Shown: one piece after another, positions 46,826-59,404 of the stretch
How the letters are laid out: every line of letters starts with the position of its first letter
Position numbering within the stretch: position 1 is the stretch's first letter
Assembly: GCF_011745625.1 (NCBI RefSeq)
Contig: NW_027191452.1
Location: 186,001 to 250,000, forward strand
Reading direction: 5' to 3'
Length of the DNA: 64,000 nt
Source: Cladosporium halotolerans
Taxonomy: Eukaryota
Translations under genes and position numbers: made by a program
The notes under the pieces: model-generated
What the model was told of the DNA's origin: nothing
Database searches by the model: none
What the model saw: only the letters and a program-made list of their open reading frames with translations

Positions 46826-48111
46826 GCGCTGATGTTGCTTCGGCATTACCGTCTGATTACCAACACCGACTTCTCTTACCAGCATAATCATCGCACGGCG
46901 CATTACGACTTCTCCTGAGTATCTCGTGAGGCGAGCATCTCAGCCCTCACTTTTCGACCGCAATTCTTTCCGTAACCTCTTTGGTTTACTATAGTAAAGC
47001 TCAGGAGCCCGGCGTTATTGTTCCATTTGCAAGCATCCAATCCTATCGCATTCGCTTCGACTACTGTTCCTGAGAACATACATCAAGCTTCACCGCACAT
47101 TTCTTTGCGCACACGCACGCCCTTCGGAGTCATCAGCGAGTTCTTCGGGAATTCTGCCTTCTGTCTATTTTCAAAGATGAGGAGGAGGGAGCGTCGGCGG
47201 TTGGCATTTGTCCATTTTTCTGTCTTGTCTTTTATTGCTAAACTTATGGAGCAGTCAATAGGGGAAACGGAGGAGCGAGAACTTGATCGACCTTTTGTTT
47301 TTGGCAGCGTTTATCGTTTCGCGCGGTTGCACTGGTACGGGAAAATATGTCATTCCGTTTGACTCATCAATCTTTAGCGGCGCTCCTGTTACTGACGCAA
47401 AGGAGAAGGGGAGGAGAAGAGAGGAGACGGAAGGTTTGGAATTGGATATTGCTACCTCACCTTACATCCCGAGGTAGCGGCACTTTACGATATCTACTGT
47501 ACCTGAGATCAGCCTGGGCTCTGTATAGGCCTGACATCAGTATCGTCTTGTCATCTATCACCCTCATCACGTCTTCGCCAGCTCGTATGTGTTTGGATTG
47601 ACATCTCACACTCGTGGAGGGCACATGCGAAAGCTGTTCGAAGTTACAAAGTCACCACAAGCAAACATCGTATCTCAAACGACCAAACAGCAATCACTAT
47701 CACATCCCGCCCATCGCAAGCTTTACAAACCACGGTACGTGACACAGAACCCCAGTCGTGCTCCTCAACCCTGCGGGCTGCTGACTACAAGCGCAGGGCC
47801 AAGCCACCCCAGTTCGGCGACGGCGGGGCCCTCGCCTCCGCTCGATGCGTGCGTGATCACTAATCACTGGCTCCGCGGTTGTAACACCACCCCAGCCTGC
47901 TCCTTCCATGGCGCCACAACACGGCCGTATTAACTATTCACCCACCTGCTGACACAGCTGCCTTATGGCGCGACTTGCGGCTCTAGCTGCTTAGTGTGCG
48001 GGATCTTGTTTATTAGCTGCCGTGGGCGCCTGGTCGTCGCGAAGCTGGGCGAGAGCTTACACTTTAGCTACGGGTGTTTTATTGATCAGACACGATTCTT
48101 GTAAGACAAGT

Positions 48112-50027
48112 ATGGGCTCATTGGCCGTTGAGAGTCTTCCAGACGCCGCTCTAGCTTCAGGTTTCAATATGGAGAAACCCGCACCCGCCAAAAGAGCCTC
48201 TCGCAAGCGCAAGCGCAGCGATGCCGTTTCAGAGGACAGCGATGAGAGCGCGAAGAGGCGAGGGAGGCCCAGGACTGAGAAAGCTGACGAGTCGGCGCAA
48301 GACGTAAGTATCGTACTTCACACCTGCATTCTATAACTTTCGGCATCGTTCAACATTGACATTCTTGCTAGCGTCGACGGACGCAAATCCGCTTGGCCCA
48401 AAGAGCATATCGGCAAAGGAAAGAAACTACGCTGGATGACTTGCGCAAGCGTGTCTCCGATCTCACCAGTACCATTGAATGTATGAATAAGGCTTTCGGT
48501 GACTTCAGGGACCGTCTGGTTTCAACAGGTTTGACGGAGGGCCAGCTCGATGACATGTCGGAGATCGCGACGCAGTTCGTCGGCTTCATGCAGACTGTTC
48601 GAAGGCCTGGTGAGACTAAATATGGAGAAGAGGTGGCCCCTGTACCTCCAGTCGAGGAGATCGGGCGGCCCGTAGACCAAAGCCAGGAGGAACTTTCCCT
48701 CGTGCCCAATGCGAAGAATGTGGCGTCTTGGATGGACCAGGCAGCTCTCGGCCACGAGGGTAGACGAAATCAGCGGCCAGACATCGGCATGGGCTACACG
48801 ATGTATATGCCGAACGTCTTCGACGAGCTGGTGGACAATTTCAACGTCCCTGCAATGGCCCAGTCAATGACACAGCCAACGGCAAAACCGCCAATCGCAA
48901 ATCCATTCGACAACACCGGTATCAACGGCCTCACCCAGCCCACCATCTCTCTGGACAGCGAGCTCGCCGCTCCCAAAACCTACAGTTTCCAAGAAACAAC
49001 CCTGGCCCGCCGCCTCCACCGCGCCTGCCTAGAGTCCGCCTACCACCTCCTGCTCGACCCCGGGCGACGGCCTCACACCTATGAGCGCGTTTTCAAGCTC
49101 TCACTGTTGAGTCGAGACCGCACCCGAATGGCTGCGTACATCAAACGCATCCTCAACCGCGGGCTCGACGAGCCACTGGACCTCTGGGAGGCGCCTCTGC
49201 TCCACATCGGCGGCTGCGGCACGCACTACCCGCGGCGCGAACCCACTGGCCAACCGCTGCCCGCGCGCAAGCAAGTCTGCCATCTGGGCATGATCGGCCC
49301 ACAGATGCTGAACCTGCTGGAGAACGTGGTGCAGGCGCGGCCGGCGGTCGACATCAGCGTGGAGATCGCGGGCTTCGAGGGCGAGTGGTTCGACCCGTAT
49401 GACATCGAGGGCTACCTCGCCGCCAAGGGCATCCACATCGACCCGACAATGTCCTTCGTCGAGGCCGAGGTCACAGAGACGCCGGAAGACGGCAGTCGGG
49501 TCTCGGCGGATTCGTCCACGCGCACTTCGACTGTGCCCGGGAGCAGGACGAGCACGTCGCCGTGGGACCACGAGCAACGATCGGAGCTGCGAGAGTTCGA
49601 AGCTGATCTCAACAGGTGGGATGAGGTGGGCAACGTGCAAGTGAGCGGGCTCAGCAACGTCGGCTACTCGGACGCTATGACGGGCTCATGGATGAATTTC
49701 CAGCAGGTTGATCAGACTGGTGGGAAGGACACCTCTATGAACATGCCCTTCTCGCAGGCGGAGACGAGCGTCTTGGGTCCGAACTTTGGAGATCTTGGGC
49801 GAATCTCTGCGCCTTGGCCGGAGCCTCAAAAGAAGGTCGTGATCATTGATGTCGCCAAATTCGTGAAAGGTGAGCATACTCCAGCATCGACGGCCCAAAG
49901 TTCATGCACAGCTAACGACGTTTGCGCAGTCCTCACCGTGACCGGCGTGTGCCTGGGTCGAACACCAGGGTTCAAACGGAAGGATGTAGACCGTGCGCTT
50001 GCGATATCTTCTTTCGATGCATTTTGA
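48112..50027 (+). CDS. bZIP transcription factor (fungal YAP-like basic region), 3 exons
   Basis: Exons 48112-48303, 48372-49869 and 49930-50027. RRGRPR...D-RRRTQIRLAQRAYRQRKE followed by a leucine heptad; TYSFQETTLARRLHR block. Confidence 0.88.
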
Positions 50028-50579
50028 GGAGTTTCATGCCAGGAGTCGGCTTTGCCGGCCTTAATGATAGTTTCGGCCTGAATAGGAGGTTCTCGTCTAA
50101 TGAGGCTTGTCTTACGTCGCTTGGGGACCAAGCTTTGCGAGTGCTGAGTCGCCAAACCCAGTAATGAGAACCATTAATGAATACATGTGAACGTTTGAGG
50201 GAAAGAACCTTGTTCGCGTCTCTCGTTATCGGTATCAAGAAAGTAAAGAAATTCTTTCGTCGAAGCTCACAAGCAGCCAAAGGCTTCGTTGCGGGCTCCG
50301 CCTCAGTTTATGGGGAGAAGAAAGGTCAATAAGTCAAAAAAGCAGCCCTAGCTATCCATCCGCTCGCTCGCTTTCCTCCGCGTGTGCCAACGGCAGCAGG
50401 GACGCTCGCTGATTCCGTCGTAAAGATATATTCAGCCGCTGTCGCTTTCTAATGCTAATTTTGGTTGGGTTTGCCATTCTCGTGCCCCAACAGCCGGTTT
50501 TCTTGCTGGCTGCGGGGTGTCATCATCTTCACTGCCGTCGTGGCGAGCCGGACAATGTGGGAGGTTGGTGACGAGTTGT

Positions 50580-51438
50580 TTACAAGTCGGCGTCCTCCTC
50601 GTCGGGCAGCGGCATGTTGGCGGCGGCCTCCATCTCCTTCTGGTAGGCGGCCATGGCCTCCTGGTCGACCTGAACCTCAGGGGGAGCAAGGGCGGGAGCG
50701 GCGACGAACTCCTGCAGAGGAGGTTAGTGCTGTGATTTTGAATGGAGCTCAGTCCGGCTCGCTTACCAAAGTCTGGTTGCCGACCAGCTTCCTCGCGAGC
50801 CACAGGAAGGGCTTCTCGAAGTTGTAGTTGGACTTGGCGGAGATGTCGTAGTACTGGAGGTTCTTCTTGCGGTGGAAGGTGATGGTCTTGGCCTTAACCT
50901 TGCGCTCCTTGACATCGACCTTGTTGCCGGTCAGGACAATGGGGATGTTCTCGCAAACGCGCACCAGGTCGCGGTGCCAGTTGGGGACGTTCTTGTAGGT
51001 GATACGGGAGGTGACGTCGAACATGATGATACCGCACTGGCCGTTGATGTAGTAGCCGTCGCGAAGACCGCCGAACTTCTCCTGGCCCGCGGTGTCCCAA
51101 ACATCGAACTGGATCTGACCCAGGTTCTGAGTTCATTCGTTAGCACGGTTCTCTTGTGCGCGTTCTGCGACTTCTAGGATCGGGCGATGCGTACGGTGGA
51201 GAAACCGAGAGGGTGGACTTCGACACCGAGCGTGGCGATGTACTTCTTCTCGAACTCACCAGTCAAGTGACGCTTGACGAAGGTGGTCTGTGATGTTTAT
51301 GTCAGCTGCTGCTCTGCTTCTTGGTCGGAGCACGCCCAAAGCGTGCAACCGCCGGATCTAATCGCGTATGCTCACCTTGCCGGTACCACCATCACCGACC
51401 AGGACCAGCTTGAAGGTGGGAGTCTGCTGCTCAGCCAT
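50580..51438 (-). CDS. GSP1: Ran GTPase, 4 exons
   Basis: Exons 51438-51376, 51287-51195, 51126-50767 and 50711-50580. [41 protein letters not shown] and acidic tail LPDEEDADL. Confidence 0.97.
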
Positions 51439-52182
51439 CTTGAGGACGTGTGTGGGCGCGAAAGTCGCGATATGGGTTCGTGAAGAGGTTGTGTGTGCTT
51501 GGTTCGGGCAAGAGCCGGGGTATCGAGGTTGTGGCTACGAGTGGGTGTGGTGTAGCACGTGCGAGGCGGTTCGTGAGTGTTTGGTGGGGGTTGGCAGCGT
51601 TTTCAGAAACAACTTGGTGAGGGATAACGCACGGACCGGTTTGGGCAAAGGCAGCGGCGGCCGCTGCCGCCTCCTTGAAAACCCCACCACGCCCACCAGC
51701 ATCATTCACTGCCCGCCAGAACGTGACCGCCTTTTCGTTCACTACTTCCTCGGCAATAAGCCGTGCTCAACCTGCTTGTCACTCACTGCCTGCATGCAAG
51801 ATGACAAAGCAACTCTCGATTGCTGCCACGACCATTCAGACATGACAAGTCACTGAAAACACGGCGATAGTGGCGTCAAGCCATAGCAACCGTACTGTAA
51901 TCCCGGCTGAAAGCGGAGCGCAAATGATGTGACGGCATAAACATAAGGTAGGGCTGAGGGGCTGAGTCTTGTTTGAAGGAAGCCTGCACATGTCACGTTT
52001 GCATGTACCGTGCCATACGCCTCGATCTCATGCCTGGCCAACACAGCAATTGAACGAAGCACAACACCGTCTCAAGCAGGAGTCATGTGAAAAGAGATCA
52101 CTGACTTGGTCAGCAATTTCAGTATGGTTCACCTGTGCCTTTTATTCACGTGCACATCGGCATGATGATACATATGCCTCCG

Positions 52183-53166
52183 TCACTGCCTCGCTGGCGC
52201 CTTGATACCCAACAGCGACTCCGCGTTCTTGTAAGCGATCAAATCCAGCTGCTCCTTCGTCACCATCCCGCTCGCTTCGAGCTTCTGAATCCAATCTAGC
52301 CCATCCTCATTCCTCGCAAAGGGATAGTCAACGCTATACAGGACGTGCTCGACAGGAGTGTTCGCCAGAATGGTAGCCATCGGCGCCAACCCCCAAACAC
52401 CGCTTGTAGTAATCCACAAGTTCTCCTTGTACACAGTGGCAAAGTCCCGCTTAATGTCGCCCCAACGACGGCTCAGCACGGAGATTCGTTCTAACATGAA
52501 GGGCAGCATCTCGCCAAAGTGACCCACGATGATCTTGAGCTTTGGAAGCTTGTCGAAAAGCCCGCTCGCGAACAGACGCAGGAAGTGAAGCCCGGTCTCC
52601 GTGTGCCAGCCCCAGCCAGACGCAGAGAGTGAGCGAGAAGCGCCATCGGTGAAATTGCCTTCATACCGTCGGCCCATGTCGTCGGAGGGCCATGTCGGGT
52701 GGATATATATAGCGACGTCGAGATCATGGACCTTCTGCCAGAAAGGAAGATACTCAGGTCCATCGTAGTATTGTCCCAGAACGTGGTTGTCGATCAAGGC
52801 ACCAACGAAACAGTGCTGCTTGACCGTGCGCTCCAGCTCTTTGGCTGCTTCCTCAGGCTGAGCCATGGGCAGAACAGCGAAGCCAGCAAAGCGAGTCTGG
52901 TTGTCTGCTACAGCTGCTGCAAGCTGATCGTTCGCCTCGACGCATTGTTGTGGAGTGGGAGCACCAGGCGTTGGCGCATGTGAGATGACTTGAAATGAAA
53001 CCTTGCCAGCGTCCATGTCGCTCAGACGAAGGTCCGAGAGGTTCTTGAGTTTGGACTCCAGGCTGGGGACATGCTTGAATTGTTCTACATAGGCTTTGTC
53101 CATGTTCGAGCTGACCGAGCTTGAGAAGAAGTGCTCCTCGAGCGTGATCAGAGGCGGAGGCGTCAT
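52183..53166 (-). CDS. Amidohydrolase-2 family metal-dependent (aromatic acid) decarboxylase-like protein
   Basis: ITLEEHF, IYIHP, IVGHFGEMLP and YSVDYPF motifs. Confidence 0.88.
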   Translation of the reverse strand: MTPPPLITLEEHFFSSSVSSNMDKAYVEQFKHVPSLESKLKNLSDLRLSDMDAGKVSFQVISHAPTPGAPTPQQCVEANDQLAAAVADNQTRFAGFAVLPMAQPEEAAKELERTVKQHCFVGALIDNHVLGQYYDGPEYLPFWQKVHDLDVAIYIHPTWPSDDMGRRYEGNFTDGASRSLSASGWGWHTETGLHFLRLFASGLFDKLPKLKIIVGHFGEMLPFMLERISVLSRRWGDIKRDFATVYKENLWITTSGVWGLAPMATILANTPVEHVLYSVDYPFARNEDGLDWIQKLEASGMVTKEQLDLIAYKNAESLLGIKAPARQ

Positions 53167-53800
53167 GTTGCTTTTGGTTTGTTGCTGGTACTTCGTTCTG
53201 AGCTAGGTGTGGTATCAAGGTGTTCGGCAATGCAGCAAAGGTGGGCGGGTCTAGTCATGTATACTTTGATGGATCGTCTCAAGTCTTGAATCTTATGAGA
53301 CGATATGCGTATCAAGAATAAATGTGATGAAGAAGTCTTCGCTGCGGAACACGGATGACCGTCAGGAATAACAATACATGGCTTCTAAGTGCAAGCGGAA
53401 TCTCGCAGCTTATGCCCGTTCGCTCATCGTCTCCACAGATCACCACTGCGCACCTTCTCGCAGGCCGGGTCCCCCATTGCATCCGAAGTCCCGAACGAGC
53501 ATCAATTCTCCCACAATCACGGTGGAGATGTCTATCGGGGGGTTAATTTGGCAATCTTCCAAATTCCCTGCCTTTATCACTAAAAGCAGAATGCCTGGCG
53601 TGCTGCTGACAGGCGTGTGGGATGCCGAGGTACAACGCCTCCTCTTTCTCCACGTCCAGCATCAATAACCGCCTCAAAGGATGGTAACCGATGGTCCACT
53701 CGTCCTTGGGAAATAATATAATCTGTAGACAGGGGCTACTGCTTTGGAACATTGAACAACCCACTGTCAAGAAGCAACGTCCATCTACCAACTACCAAAG

Positions 53801-54805
53801 ATGTCATCCCACCCAACCCAAATCCCCATCCCGCCATCGTACAAAGACCTCCCCTTCAAAGAAATTCGCCTCTCGCACATCCCAGAAGACTCACCATCGG
53901 CGACACCCATAATCCTCATAACCCTCTATCGCCCCAACAAATACAATGCGTTCACCGACACCATGATGACCGAGCTCGTTGAAGCCTTCACGCTCATCGA
54001 CGTCGACCCGCGCGTAAAGTGCGCCATAGTAACGGGCCACGGGAAGATCTTCTGCGCCGGCGCAGATCTCGAGACGGCTTTCCAGGGCGGCGAGGAAGCG
54101 GTGCGAGAGCATCGTGATGGAGGCGGCAAAGTCGCGCTAGCGGTGCAGAGGTGCCGGAAGCCGGTCATTGGGGCGCTGCAGGGTAGTGCTGTGGGAATTG
54201 GGATTACGATGACGCTGCCGATGAGCATTCGGATTGCGTGGGAGGGCGCGAAGATTGGCTTTGTGTTTGCGCGTAGGGGTTTGGTGATGGAGGCGTGCTC
54301 GTCGTATTTTTTGCCTAGGCTGATCGGGTAAGTGAAGGCATCGTTCTTGCTCTGCGGTCTGATCTGACAATGTGCCAGGATGTCGAAAGCGCTTCATCTC
54401 ACGACGACTGGCAGCACGTATCCGGCCTCTCACCCACTGCTGAACTCCCTTTTTTCGGAAACCTTGTCGTCTCCAGACCAAGTGCTGCCTCGGGCCATCG
54501 AGATTGCGAACGAGATTGTCCAGAACACATCGCCGATTTCGACCTATTTGATGCGTGAGATGATGTATCGCGACGCTGGCTCTCCTGAGGGCCAACATCT
54601 GCTCGACTCACGGATCATCTATGAAATGTTCAGCAGCAAAGACAACAAGGAGGGGGTCAAGGCTTTCCTTGAGAAGAGGCCAGTCAAGTTTGGGGGAACA
54701 ATGCAACACGATGCGCCTGGAGCATACCCTTGGTGGGAACTGGTCGATACAACGAATCGTCCAGTGCCGGAAGGCTACCAATTCAAGTCGAAGTCGAGAC
54801 TGTAG
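53801..54805 (+). CDS. Peroxisomal enoyl-CoA hydratase/isomerase (crotonase family), 2 exons
   Basis: Intron 54328-54378. FCAGADL, GSAVGIGITMTL, FARRGLVMEA and C-terminal PTS1 SRL. Confidence 0.9.
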
Positions 54806-54997
54806 ATAACGAAACAAGGGTATGAACGAAACATTGACAATTGCAAGCGTGGAGAATGGGGTGGTCTGAGAATATTTTTGGTGCTACCTATCGTACTGTA
54901 ATCCATATGCGAGAGGTGAACACGTTCTGCAAACCAAGCCACCCGGCGTACCAAAGCAGCGGTCTCATCAACACCTTGCCCAGGAAAGACGATACGT

Positions 54998-55838
54998 CTA
55001 GAAGAAGGTAGAGGGGCGGGTGGCGGAGAAGACCTTCTTGCCGCCCTTCTTCGGGGGGTTGCGGTGGGGCAGAGGGAACTTGAGGTCCTTGGCGAGGAGC
55101 TGCTTGATGTAGGGGCGGCGGATGTCCTCGGTCTTCTCGACCTCGACGACCTTCAGGATGTGGATAGTCCGGAAGCGAGCGCGGTGGCGGGCGGCCATGT
55201 CCTGGTAGAGGGACTCGACTGCGTCGGCGCGGGTCATCTCGCGGTACTCACGGTACATGTTGTGGGTACCAGAGCGAGAGTCGTAACGGATCCAGATACC
55301 GAAGGTCTTGACCTTGAGAGGGTGCTTCTCGTGGATCTAGTAGCGACTTTAGTATCGCGAAAGTTTGATTTCGGACTGTAGAATGGAGTCGCACGCGACA
55401 CGTGCGGCCCTTTCCACGGCAGACATACCTCGTTCAGGCTGACGATCTCACCGTTGGCCTTCTTGACCTTGCGGAGCTTGGCGAGGAAGTACCAGAAACG
55501 GCTCTTGGCAACAACGGTGTTGGGAGCGAAGATACGCATGCGGTAGAGCTTCGGGGTGGGCTGAGAGTCAGTGGGCAGATGGCGCCCAATGACCTGGTAC
55601 TCCTGCAGGCGACCTGTTGGGCAACAGAATCAGCGCTGTCTTACGGACAGTTTTATGCAGTGGCTTTTGTTTTTAGATTTCCGAACGAGCGACCGTCATG
55701 ACAGTGTGTTGTGTGTGCATTGTTTAGCCTTCACCCTGCTCAGGTCTTGCTCGTGTTCCGCCTCTTTCAGCCCATAGTGAAATTTCGGTGCAGGAGCGCG
55801 CTCGCTGCAGTGCCGACACGGAGAGATTGCTTACCCAT
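54998..55838 (-). CDS. RPL20: 60S ribosomal protein L20 (eL20)
   Basis: Exons 55838-55835 (ATGG), 55613-55429 and 55336-54998. [16 protein letters not shown]...[23 protein letters not shown]...[15 protein letters not shown]...RPSTFF. Confidence 0.95.
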
Positions 55839-56149
55839 CTGAACATTTTGTTAGTATGCGATTGCGTTTAAGATACTGCGCAGTACTCACTGTGATGTTT
55901 TTGGCGGCGGCGTCGGGTTTCGGTGGTCGCTGGTCGCTTGTCGAGGAAGCGTCTTCGACTTCGAAAAGTGCGAAATAACGCAGTGCCTGGCGTTGTGGGG
56001 ATGCAAGTGCGGCTAGTCCCTTCCGCTTGCCTCGCGCCGTAGCTTAGCCGAAATGTCAGCCTCAGGCTACCACGCGCGTTGACAACGCCAGCGTCGCGAA
56101 CAACAGACATTCTATCTTGGGCACCGAAGCTTGCAGCCTGTCGTCGACC

Positions 56150-57712
56150 ATGGATGCGATATTTGAAGACTTCGCTGCAGCTTACGCCGTAGAGTCAGGA
56201 TATGGTCTTGCGGCGACCATCTCGCCCGTCCCGCCTAAGCACGATCCCGCCCGATTCTACAGCCTCCATCGCAGCGCCAATGCATTCTCAGTGCAGACCG
56301 AACTACGTTCCAAGCTGCAATACAGCCCCATTGTTCAGCTCGACAAGCAGGAGGCTACGGCTTGGCTGGAGGTATTCGTCGCCTTTCACAAACTCACAGG
56401 CGTCCTGTTGAGCGCCGAGGAAGCCGAGAATGCCGGCCGTGAGACCGAGGCGAGGTGGGGCCAAGTGTATGAGGTCTGGAAAGAAGTTGTCAATGCGCTT
56501 GTGAAGGGATACCAGAGCGGCGCATTCTATGCCTGGACGATACCCTGTCTCTACGTGGCCGGTAAGTATCTGCGCATCTTCGCCATCAAAGCCGACGACA
56601 GTGCTGCAGCACAGAAGGGCAACGGCTTTGCGTACGGTGGTATCCAAGAGGAAGATGCTTTTGGTACTGGCGGCAAAAACGAAAAGCTTGAGGATGCCGC
56701 TAGACAGATCAACCGCATTTTCGGCCTATGTGTCAGTGATCGGTACGTAGACAGCGCGCCAGAATTCCTCAAGCCACATGTAGAAGACGATGGCTAAGGT
56801 AGGTCTCTCTCTTTACAGTGCTCCGCTCGAGGACTCACGCAAATGGGCTCTCTACTATGTCACCAACCTCCTCTTCAAGACGTATTTCCGTCTCAACAGC
56901 ATCTCCCTTTCGAAAACTATCTTGCGCTCCCTCGCCGCCACTTCTTCCGACATGCCGACTCTCGAATTATTTCCCAAGTCGCATCAAGTCACCTACAAGT
57001 ACTACCTTGGTGTGATCAATTTCCTCGAAGAAGACTACGCGCGCGCCGAGGAAGAGCTTGAAACAGCATATGGCATGTGCCATGTTGGTCAAAGCAAGAA
57101 CAGGCAACTCATCCTCACCTACTTGATCCCGACGAAAATGATCACCAAGCACCAGCTTCCATCACGTGGTCTTCTACAGGCTCATCCCGCACTTTCGGCA
57201 TTGTTCACTCCTATCTGCACTGCTGTTCGCACTGGCAACATCAAAGCTCTGGACGATGCACTCGCCATCGGCGAAGCAGAGTTTGTCAAGCGTCGAGTCT
57301 ATCTCACACTCGAACGAAGCCGCGATGTGACGATCCGCAACTTGTTCCGCAAGGTCTTCATCGCTGGTGGTTTCATGCCGCTCAAGGAGGGAGAGACAAC
57401 ACCGATGCGGCGGACGAGAATTCCGATCTCTGAGTTTGCGACTGCAATGTCGATCGCTGGCGCTGAAGTGAGCGACGGTGAGGGAGGCATCGACAGCGAC
57501 GAGATTGAGTGCGCCATTGCGAACATGATTTACAAGGTGAGTCTTAGTGCTTTTCGTCCCGTGCCATCCCTCAGGCAGCCTGGACAGGTTTTCTCCAATG
57601 GCAGATAATCACGCTGACCTCATTCCAGGGGTTTATGAAAGGTTACATCGCCCGCGAGCACGGAATGGTCGTCCTTAGTAAGGTCGGCGCGTTTCCAAAC
57701 ACCGGCGTGTGA
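56150..57712 (+). CDS. CSN12: PCI-domain protein, CSN12/THP1 (PCID2)-like, 3 exons
   Basis: Exons 56150-56742, 56819-57536 and 57629-57712. [49 protein letters not shown]...AFP. Confidence 0.85.
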
Positions 57713-58411
57713 AGCTAACCCCGGAATCCGACCCGATCATGAATCCAATGACACGTTCACATGACTACTGACCTGAAGCGGTAGAAATGCTGGTTTTATT
57801 GGCTGCGACTTCCAACTCCGGAATTCCTCATTGATGCCAGAATGTGCTTTGAGAACGGGGCATCGTCCCCAACCGTCTCTGAAGAAGCGTCTTGCAACAC
57901 TCGTCTGTCCGAGCAGAAGTCTGAGATGAGATCATCTATGGATGACTGAGAACGGCTAATATCATCGTGACAGCATGATGGTAACGATCAACCAAGACTT
58001 TGCTGGGACAGGTGCATGAAGGCCACCTTGAAAGTGGATCACGACTACATAGAATTAGCTATTTCAGCTAAGACAAAGTATGGTGACAGCTTCATTCTGT
58101 ACCCTAGTGAATCGCTCCGGACCTTCCTTCGTTCCCCCTCAGCTTTGGTGAAGTCCATTTGCAGACAAGCATTTTCGGACGTGCAACACAGTGCTGCTTG
58201 CGGGCTTTTATGCGCATGCAGCATATAATAGATGGCATTATGAAGAGCTTGCTTAATGGTAGACGTACACATTGTCTCAAAAAGTCGAAAGTCTAAAAGC
58301 ACAAACAGACACAATTTGGTAAGAAACGCGCCCCGAGGAGCCAAAGTTATCGATACAGCGAAACAAAGGAGATCCTTCAGTAACCCGCGAACAGTGCCGA
58401 GCCGACCCCCA

Positions 58412-59404
58412 TCAGCGCTTTGCCTTCGACGCCGCAACGTCGTCCTTCAACTAAAGTCAGCCAACCATCTAGCTTACTAAATGACGACATGAGGCACTCA
58501 CCAGATGCTCAACCATAGCAACAAACAGATCGAACCACAGCGGTGAACCCCCAGCCATCATCTCCGCTTGCATCGTGCCGCTACGCTTGAAGGTAGCGCG
58601 GCTGCGGATGATGAGCGCGAGGTAGTGGGCGCGAAGACTCGAGTCGCTGGCGGGAGTGTGGCTGTATGCGAAGCGGGCGGATGCCAGGATGACGCTGGTT
58701 TGCACGCCGGATTGGAGGCCTTGCTTTTTGAGAGCGAGGGCTTGGAGGTGTGGGAGGGAGAAACGGAGGGCGGCGCACTACGGTCGGTCAGTAGGCTGAG
58801 ATGAAGGCTTGGGGGTTAGAGTACTGACATAGATGGCAGTGTCCTTTAGTATAGGCACATCGTAGCCTGAGTGCTGGATCGTAACCTCCGATGTACTTTT
58901 CCTGCTTTCGTTGGTCGCGAGGTAGAAGCTGGTGCGTTTCTTGTCATAGCCGATCTGAGGTGTGTAGTCGCCTTTGTAGAGGTACTCCAGCACCGCTGAG
59001 AATACTTCGGGCTCTTCATAAGTCAACTCGATACGCTTGTTGGCGGTTTCGAAGAATTGTTCTCGGCAGGCTTGGGCGAAGTAGGGAGACTTGCTCAGTA
59101 CGTCTTCGTGAGCAGCGAACAGACGTTGAGCTTGTCCGACGCAGATTGTGACGATGGCTGAGTTGAGTGGTCTGCGAATGTCAGCAGTTGGTCTCGAAGA
59201 TGCTGTATCCGAAGGTACTAACGGAGATGCTGGGCCATATTGGCTTCGTTGCGACGATGGTGAGCCCTGAGTCGATGCTTGTGCAACGATCCTGCTCGTT
59301 CTGTTCAGATCTTTGAACGACCTCTGTTTCTTGTTACTCGTCGCTTTTCCAGCTCGATATCCGAAACTCTCTCGGTGTGACCGGCTCCTGCTTGATGAGA
59401 ACAT
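58412..59404 (-). CDS. BTB/POZ-domain protein, 3 exons
   Basis: Exons 59404-58829, 58777-58502 and about 58444-58412. IVTICVG...FAAHEDVLSKSPYF...FSAVLEYLYKGDY...IY-CAA. Confidence 0.85.

Noticed and set aside
55614..55834. Box C/D snoRNA in the RPL20 intron
   Set aside because: No RTGATGA box C found on the sense strand.
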